Shown here: piece by piece, positions 61,163 through 64,000 of the stretch
Numbering within the stretch: the first letter of the stretch is position 1
How the letters are laid out: each line of letters starts with the position of its first letter
Assembly: GCA_951406725.2 (NCBI GenBank)
Contig: OX597823.1
Span: 24,490,001-24,554,000, forward strand
Reading direction: 5' to 3'
DNA from: Octopus vulgaris
Lineage: Eukaryota
DNA length: 64,000 nucleotides
The notes under the pieces: model-generated
Databases searched by the model: none
The model's input: the letters and a program-made list of their open reading frames with translations, nothing else
Told to the model about the DNA's origin: nothing
Translations under genes and position numbers: made by a program

Positions 61163-63767
61163 CATACACACATATATATTATATATATTAATCATATATA
61201 TATATATATATATATGTACATATGGCAAAAAATATTATTTGTCTCCTTTTATGGAAACAAAAGAGTTTATAGGACTGCAAAAAAGAAGTGCTCAAATGTA
61301 ATTGAGACAGAGGTAAAGAAGCATTCATCATAAAGTAAACATCAATTTCGAGTCCATGACTTTATATATAACACCATACCTCAAACATTGGTCATATATA
61401 AATAATTCCATGGTTTGTAAGCATATAAAAATATACATATACAAGAAACACATGATTTTAAGAATTTAACTTCTGTAAGGGGAGTAAAAAAAACCTTTTT
61501 TAAAAGTTTTTAGTCGATTGATATTTTGTTTTATCTTATTTGCACATTACATTGTTATGCACATTCACTCAATTTGGTACTCCCTCCATCAGCTTCATAA
61601 ATGTCAAATTTTCTTCCAAACTTTAAAAGAACTTTCAGGTTTTTCTCAAAGTCAATGGCTTGAATAGCCCTACTAGATGAAGTCATTTGAAGATGATATC
61701 CAAAGTTGCCTGAGACATGAAATTTTACATCTTCACAAGTATCTAACAACATTACTGTGTTTTCTAAGGTATTTTCAAACGTAATAGAAAATTCAGTTGT
61801 TTGGAGCACTTCAGAATAAGGTGGTTCTCTGCAATCCTAGAAGATTTTCATGTTAAATGTTTTTGTGATTTTCGAAACTATATTCAGTGGCTCAGAGATT
61901 CTGTTTCCGATTCTTTAAAAAAGTTTGCTTGATATTTCAAGGTGTATTCAAGAGGTTGAAAACTTGAAAAACCAATCGGTTGATATTGTCCTGTTATGTC
62001 TAATTGTTGAATTCATTGTGGTGTGAGATTAGGCTTGCTGCATATATTACAAACAGAAGCAACACTCTTAAATATTTAACACCATATTTAAGGGAAGGTT
62101 AAACATGAATACAAACATAAATCATCAAATTCTCACTGATAAAGAGACCAGGAATTAAGAATCAACTAAACTGTGATTGCTCGGCCATTACTTATCTTTA
62201 AAGTTTGCTCATTATTTGCTTGATTTGCTTGATGAAAGCTGAGTTTCAGATGCCATGAGGGATCAGGTAGATATCTAACACTAAACGACTTAACTGGAAA
62301 AAAAGTGTGAATCTGCAGCACTTGAGATGATGTTCTACTTTGTAGTCTACTCTCCTGCAAACTGGTTGTTTGGAAAAAAAAAGTGGTGTTCACATTAATC
62401 TTGCATGTCCCAATAGTGGTGTAATCATGATGGGGAACTGATCATTTAGTGAAAAAGGTTCAAATCCTAGGGCTCACTGCAATATAAAGAACAAGTTTGA
62501 AAAATTTTACTACCGTGTTATGGAGGGTGTTGCTGAATCACCAGATATGCATGTTCAACATCAAGAACCAGAAGTTATTTTCAGAACTTTGTTTAACAGA
62601 ATTTTGTATGAAGTTATTGTCCACACTGAGCAAATATTTAAAACACCATCTTTTAAAACCTTTTGGTTCAGATTTATCAGTTGTTGAATCCAAAGTTTTT
62701 CCATGCTTATGAAAGCATTTCCATCCATGGGTGTCTATGAAAACATACTGGATTTAGGTAGATTGAAATGCAAGGTAAGATTAGTTTGTGCTTCAAGTTT
62801 TGCAAAACAAGTGTCAAACCTCCAAGAAGGCACAGGCATAATATGGGAGTTTGAACTAAATCACGCTCTGGCCAAAGTAACAAAATTGTTATGTCTTTTT
62901 CTGATCATACCTGTCACATCTGATCCCATTGAGAAACGACTTTCTTCATTTAAGCAAATAAATAATTATATTACCTGTTCTCAAAGTGAAGAGAGATTCA
63001 GTAATTTGGTCTTCATTTCCATGATTAAAAGAACTTCTGAAGATGAAAGTAGAGTGTGGTGCTGATTTTATACCAAAGTGACCAATAAATTTGCCAATAA
63101 GTAATAAAGAAGTGAATTGATTTATGAATAAATTTTAAATAGCTCGTTATATTTAGGTTCTCTCATGTTCTCAGATTTCACTTATAACCAGTAATAGTCA
63201 TCATGGCAATCCCTTCACCAGGGTATTGTTAATGAGGGAACATTAAAACTAGTGGAGAGGATATCAAGCTCCAAGTGTGGCCTGTTAGTAGGAAAGCATT
63301 TTCACACATTAAAATTAGCATATCGCATTCAGCTTTTGGTGAGGAGGACAAGAAGGTTCCACTCCCTTAGAAATTGGCCTACATCATGGATTGCATGTTC
63401 TGGTTTCCAAATAACCTTCATTACTGATGTGAGTGTGTGCTTGTGTGTGCATGTGTGCATATGCGTCTGTGTGTGTATGCAAATGATTCAGTTTTATTTA
63501 GTCAATAACTTTTACTCTAAATTTGTTACTATCTCCTCATTCTCCCTTTCCTCCTGTCATAAACTCAAAATTGATATGAATTTCTCTCATCACTTCCAGT
63601 TCACACAATGCTTGATTGTGGAGCACCAAAAGATGTTGCTGGTGCATCTAAATCCTATGATACTACTACCTATAATTCTGAAGTGATCTATACTTGTCAA
63701 GGTGGAGAAGAATTAAAAGCAAAATGTAGAGAGAACAAGAAATGGGCTCCAGTAGTGTCTTGTAAAG
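1498..63767 (+). CDS. Internal part of a large multi-exon gene encoding a tandem (Sushi/CCP-PAN-PAN)n extracellular protein; 14 exons, 973 codons in window, both ends outside window
   Basis: 14 exons with AG/GT boundaries and lengths of 168-240 nt, all multiples of 3 and phase 1-1. All 13 junction codons are sense (GCT,TCT,GCT,GCT,GAT,TTC,GTT,GTT,GCT,GCT,GAT,CTT,GTT). Cys/Trp patterns are invariant across copies. Confidence 0.9.
4462..4701 (+). CDS. Exon B1: basic PAN/Apple domain, 240 nt
   Basis: ttaattctag|CT...GTAAAAT|gtaatt; C-x3-C-x5-C-x-SF-x8-C-Y-L PAN core ([26 protein letters not shown]) ending DYYQQVK. Confidence 0.9.
5952..6815. mobile_element. Non-autonomous mariner derivative with ~120-bp inverted ends (two 5' ends facing inward)
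   Basis: 5957-6075 is the reverse complement of ~6700-6812. The + strand has the transposase start [13 protein letters not shown] (6152); the - strand has [18 protein letters not shown]. Confidence 0.75.
7205..7790 (+). mobile_element. 3' end of an R4/Dong-clade (restriction-like endonuclease) non-LTR retrotransposon with (TAA)n tail
   Basis: Frameshifted KILWD..IQC...RK.NIVV...TCIII.IACP...LKWEI..LW...IPIVIGTLG motifs, followed by a TAA run at ~7723-7780. Confidence 0.75.
8400..9650 (+). mobile_element. Highly degraded L1/Tx1-like RT remnant
   Basis: IIERVEEK...[15 protein letters not shown] at ~9010-9085 resembles Tx1 ALINLDQSKAFDRV; downstream QG and YxDD-like remnants; boundaries approximate. 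Confidence 0.5.
10159..10392 (+). CDS. Exon C1: acidic PAN/Apple domain (DDD subtype), 234 nt
   Basis: ttttatctag|CT...AACCCAG|gtcagt; encodes [77 protein letters not shown]. Missed by the ORF track. Confidence 0.9.
11108..11612. mobile_element. MITE-like element with ~65-bp imperfect terminal inverted repeats
   Basis: tttcttaactagttgaagttcattacataagtatta (left) versus taatacttatgtaattagcttcagctagttaagaaa (right). Confidence 0.55.
12420..14327 (-). mobile_element. Decayed Ty3/Gypsy LTR retrotransposon (gag, RT and RNase H fragments)
   Basis: [11 protein letters not shown]...PYVDDILI...KCEFF...IRYLG; RNase H LLHFDP...ASDASEY..GAVI...[11 protein letters not shown]; gag [19 protein letters not shown]; PBS-like TGGCGATGAG at 14094-14103 (-); 5' LTR boundary tentative. 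Confidence 0.85.
14481..14651 (+). CDS. Exon A2: compact Sushi/CCP domain (AY subtype), 171 nt
   Basis: tcaattccag|CT...TGTGAAG|gtaaaa; [56 protein letters not shown]. Confidence 0.88.
16110..16570 (-). mobile_element. Degraded RTE-clade LINE fragment
   Basis: Similar to 48000-48360 (acatctgcca...aaagac and acaatct.cctttc blocks); RTE RT C-terminal region; boundaries approximate. Confidence 0.45.
16630..16800 (+). CDS. Exon A3: compact Sushi/CCP domain (AF/AY subtype), 171 nt
   Basis: caatttcag|CT...TGTAAAG|gtaaca; [56 protein letters not shown]. Confidence 0.9.
19661..20905 (+). mobile_element. Mariner element, transposase pseudogene
   Basis: TA+TTGGGTT TIR start; [15 protein letters not shown]...SLED.PHPGR; [23 protein letters not shown] and PPYSLDITP motifs; stops, frameshifts and an internal 110-bp insertion. 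Confidence 0.9.
20289..20398. mobile_element. 110-bp TGT...ACA element with 16-17-bp TIRs and 9-bp TSD, nested in the mariner
   Basis: cccatataa|tgtagtgaaatatatag...ctatatatttactaca|cccacataa; removing it restores GAT CTT CAC CCA CAT AAG GTG (DLHPHKV). Confidence 0.8.
21227..21466 (+). CDS. Exon B2: basic PAN/Apple domain, 240 nt
   Basis: ttaattccag|AT...GTAAAAT|gtaatt; core [26 protein letters not shown], ending DYYQRVK. Confidence 0.9.
21796..21915. repeat. Compound (TAG)n/(CAG)n microsatellite
   Basis: Direct inspection; shorter GTA/GTG-type tracts lie at the paralogous position after B1, B3 and B4. Confidence 0.95.
22250..22950 (+). mobile_element. Highly degraded Penelope-like RT remnant
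   Basis: Frameshifted remnants resembling AEVADL, LDxTLxL...YxKP and RIIWFNPPF..NV.TN (aggataatttgattcagttcatccttcaaactaaatgtcacc). Confidence 0.4.
23641..27094 (-). mobile_element. Non-autonomous Helitron (copy 1), interrupted by an RTE LINE
   Basis: Minus-strand 5' end A|TCTATATATATAAAA (27094) and 3' GC hairpin cgggcaatgccggg plus CTAG|T (23641); both terminal segments recur at 57950-58280 and ~60600-60845. Confidence 0.8.
23971..26420 (-). mobile_element. 5'-truncated RTE-clade (BovB-like) LINE, ORF decayed
   Basis: [14 protein letters not shown]...YHGISLL...PESQCGFR...[12 protein letters not shown]...[13 protein letters not shown]...LFADDAAL; APE C-terminal CITNTFF...HPRS..WHQLD...DCDTDH; C-terminal RIPKDIL. 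Confidence 0.93.
27719..27955 (+). CDS. Exon D1: second-position PAN/Apple domain (DK subtype), 237 nt
   Basis: tgtttcag|TC...AACCCAG|gtcagt; core [29 protein letters not shown], ending WDIYLTNP. Confidence 0.9.
28145..28284. repeat. ~140-bp imperfect palindrome (Penelope-type hairpin element, degenerate hammerhead core)
   Basis: Centre tggcacttatcaaa-g-tttgataagtgcca; outer arms ttattactatttagca...tgctaaatagtaataa. Confidence 0.8.
28544..28735. repeat. 192-bp near-perfect palindrome (95-bp arms, 2-nt loop, 1 mismatch) carrying a hammerhead-like motif in each arm
   Basis: Centre ccgatatg-tc-catatcgg; right arm aaaactgt-CCGATGA-acggcaacgg-GAAA-ctcagag-TA-acaggtttt. Confidence 0.9.
29128..29235. 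repeat. (TTC)n microsatellite
   Basis: Direct inspection; explains the poly-F, poly-S and poly-R ORFs. Confidence 0.95.
29610..29900 (+). mobile_element. RTE-type apurinic endonuclease fragment
   Basis: [10 protein letters not shown]...[16 protein letters not shown] resembles the RTE APE N-terminus. Confidence 0.6.
32732..32902 (+). CDS. Exon A4: compact Sushi/CCP domain (V-subtype), 171 nt
   Basis: atcacttccag|TT...TGCAAAG|gtaatg; [56 protein letters not shown]. Missed by the ORF track. Confidence 0.9.
33621..34100 (+). mobile_element. Octopus-type tRNA-derived SINE
   Basis: A-box-like gtggctgtgtgttaa and B-box-like ggttcagtccc; related copies at ~5660-5750(-), 26455-26620(-), 56228-56595(-) and 59895-60060(-). 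Confidence 0.75.
37561..37800 (+). CDS. Exon B3: basic PAN/Apple domain, 240 nt
   Basis: ttaattccag|TT...GTAAATG|gtaatt; core [26 protein letters not shown], ending DYYQRVN. Confidence 0.9.
37838..38112. mobile_element. Inverted-repeat (Penelope-terminal-like) element inserted ~40 bp after the exon B3 donor
   Basis: Arms 37872-37965 and 38020-38112 (aacaattgcagcatggaagg...ccttccatgctgcaattgtt); a single-arm relative lies at ~5365-5530. Confidence 0.7.
38170..38915 (+). mobile_element. Two tandem SINE/LINE 3'-end copies with (GAT)n tails
   Basis: ggcacgtaaaaagcacccactacact...ggcgttaggaag...ggacgttaaacgatgatgat at 38170-38475 and 38595-38915; relatives at 1-70, 46950-47160(-) and 50045-50460(-). 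Confidence 0.75.
39028..39105 (+). ncRNA. Minimal type I hammerhead ribozyme motif (Penelope-type)
   Basis: gcgg-CTGAAGA-aggcc...ggccc-GAA-Acatatg-T-A-ccgc: intact core, stem I gcgg/ccgc, palindromic stem III ACATATGT, GUA cleavage site. Confidence 0.7.
39225..39385. repeat. (TA)n microsatellite split by ggactgt; AC/AT low-complexity sequence continues to ~40345
   Basis: Direct inspection. Confidence 0.95.
39408..39458 (-). ncRNA. Minimal type I hammerhead ribozyme motif
   Basis: Minus strand agcttc-CTGATGA-tttcatttgaat-GAA-Acagttctagtcctg-T-A-gaagct: 6-bp stem I, intact core, stem III cag/ctg, weak stem II. Confidence 0.7.
40663..40945 (-). mobile_element. 3' end of an RTE-like LINE with (ATG)n tail
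   Basis: [25 protein letters not shown]...[16 protein letters not shown]...AMKDREVW, then a stop and an ATG-repeat tail. Confidence 0.75.
41780..41975 (-). mobile_element. Short dispersed repeat with variant hammerhead core (second copy at 60925-61130, + strand)
   Basis: 41873-41907 (-): gttt-CCGACGA-agagctccactt-GAAA-cg-TT-aaac; 60999-61034 (+): gttt-CTGACAA-agagctccgctt-GAAA-cg-TT-aaaac. Confidence 0.6.
42788..42975 (+). mobile_element. Octopus-type SINE (second family; also 55552-55760)
   Basis: ggcagtgagctggcagaatc...ctgagttcaaatt(c/t)...gactttgcctttcatcc, with A/B-box-like motifs. Confidence 0.7.
43735..44916 (+). mobile_element. Mariner (DD34D) element, transposase pseudogene
   Basis: [14 protein letters not shown] and QYDNAR[17 protein letters not shown] with 34 residues between the last two Asp; 3' TIR ...ggacaacccaa+TA; in-frame stops. 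Confidence 0.93.
45258..45491 (+). CDS. Exon C2: acidic PAN/Apple domain (DDD subtype), 234 nt
   Basis: tcttttcaag|CT (weaker AAG acceptor)...AACCCAG|gtcagt; core [29 protein letters not shown], ending WDTYVINP. Confidence 0.88.
45738..45927. repeat. ~190-bp imperfect palindrome 250 bp downstream of exon C2
   Basis: catgaacaggataaactatc / gatagtttatcctgttcatg and ctcaaacgcaggataatgc / gcattatcctgcatttgag arms, centre tggctagcca. Confidence 0.8.
46072..46926 (+). mobile_element. Non-autonomous Helitron (different family)
   Basis: 5' A|TC, 3' hairpin ccaggtaaaaccggg, then CTAG|T; no TSD. Confidence 0.65.
47700..48640 (-). mobile_element. Degraded RTE-clade LINE fragment
   Basis: Minus-strand remnants QFGF...[22 protein letters not shown] and GRPRQTWEE. 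Confidence 0.6.
48640..49538 (+). mobile_element. Tc1-like (DD34E) transposon, 5'-truncated pseudogene
   Basis: [15 protein letters not shown]...VWRKP...PTVKHGGGS...FQDDN...[11 protein letters not shown]; 3' TIR ...ttttgtccaacccctg+TA. Confidence 0.88.
51179..51349 (+). CDS. Exon A5: compact Sushi/CCP domain (AY subtype), 171 nt
   Basis: caatttcag|CT...TGTAAAG|gtaaca; [56 protein letters not shown]. Missed by the ORF track. Confidence 0.9.
53230..53469 (+). CDS. Exon B4: basic PAN/Apple domain, 240 nt
   Basis: ttacctttag|AT...TTAAAGC|gtaatt; core [26 protein letters not shown], ending DYYQRLK. Confidence 0.9.
54348..54408 (-). ncRNA. Type I hammerhead ribozyme motif in a short dispersed element (~54245-54540)
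   Basis: Minus strand gataa-CTGAAGA-gatg...catct-GAA-Actcagag-T-T-ttatc: intact core, stem I gataa/ttatc, stem III ctc/gag. Confidence 0.65.
55130..55530 (-). mobile_element. R4/Dong-clade RT fragment
   Basis: [33 protein letters not shown]...[13 protein letters not shown]. Confidence 0.8.
56725..56958 (+). CDS. Exon D2: acidic PAN/Apple domain (DK subtype), 234 nt
   Basis: cctttgcag|TT...ACCCCAG|gttagt; core [29 protein letters not shown], ending WDIYIVTP. Confidence 0.9.
57255..57730 (-). mobile_element. Internally deleted mariner remnant
   Basis: Minus-strand YSPDLV..F.LF motif near 57280-57320 plus N-terminal IKFC-like region; boundaries approximate. Confidence 0.5.
57950..60845 (-). 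mobile_element. Non-autonomous Helitron (copy 2) with internal SINE and ~340-bp tandem duplication
   Basis: 57950-58280 matches 23641-23970; ~60600-60845 matches ~26855-27094; 59255-59545 repeats at ~59600-59920. Confidence 0.75.
61555..62036 (-). pseudogene. Decayed coding fragment of unknown family
   Basis: The 84-aa ORF extends upstream through one TAG and one frameshift as complex protein-like sequence ([14 protein letters not shown]...[37 protein letters not shown]...). Confidence 0.35.
62183..63140 (+). mobile_element. Decayed hAT-family transposase remnant (copy 2)
   Basis: ORF 62703-63065 [46 protein letters not shown] matches the hAT dimerisation consensus (L.IP.TS...ER.FS.LK.I...R..M..ERL..L). 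Confidence 0.7.
63600..63767 (+). CDS. Exon A6: compact Sushi/CCP domain (V-subtype, close copy of A1), 168 nt
   Basis: cacttccag|TT...TGTAAAG|gtaatg; [55 protein letters not shown]; same one-codon-shorter length as A1. Confidence 0.9.
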
Positions 63768-64000
63768 GTAATGTAAATAGGTTCTCTCTTTTTGACTCTA
63801 TCTCAGTAATTTTGTTTTAGCCTTGTGTTCAATTTCTATATCAGAGGAAGTCTGACTGTATCCATGAAAATGTCCATTGTTCGTGACTGGTAGGAGGGTC
63901 AGAGGTAGTTATCTTCAGACCAAAGACCTTCCTAAATGCTTGCAGCACAGTGGGCTTCATTAAAGATATTGAAGAGCCAGGTAATGTTATTAATTTGGTA

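Larger units (their letters stand above)
62183..64000 (+). repeat. Segmental duplicate of ~75-1895 (offset ~62.1 kb)
   Basis: hAT remnant, spacer, GT tract, acceptor region, Sushi exon and downstream intron are all collinear; roughly 85-90% identical by eye. Confidence 0.92.

Noticed and set aside
62183-64000. 62-kb duplicate as a haplotype or assembly artefact
   Set aside because: About 10% exon divergence plus many intronic indels is high for alleles, and the D2-A6 junction continues the exon register in frame. Long reads would settle it.

Overview
AT-rich, repeat-dense metazoan DNA. The tRNA-derived SINEs and repeat mix look like an octopus (coleoid cephalopod) genome, which is inferred from family resemblance, not a database hit. 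The whole window lies inside one large + strand gene that the ORF track shows only in pieces. It has 14 internal coding exons, all AG/GT-flanked, all phase 1-1, each encoding exactly one disulfide-bonded extracellular domain. The order is Sushi-PAN-PAN-Sushi-Sushi-PAN-PAN-Sushi-PAN-PAN-Sushi-PAN-PAN-Sushi. Spliced in order they give 2919 nt (973 codons) with no stop; start and stop lie outside the window. The array grew by nested duplication (3-exon module, ~31-kb 6-exon unit, ~62.1-kb unit), and strongly basic PAN domains alternate with acidic, N-glycosylatable ones. I do not recognise the gene. The introns hold decayed mariner, Tc1, hAT, Helitron, Gypsy, RTE, R4/Dong, Tx1 and Penelope-like elements, SINEs and microsatellites. 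They also hold several short, often palindromic elements carrying minimal type I hammerhead-ribozyme motifs, three with intact catalytic cores.
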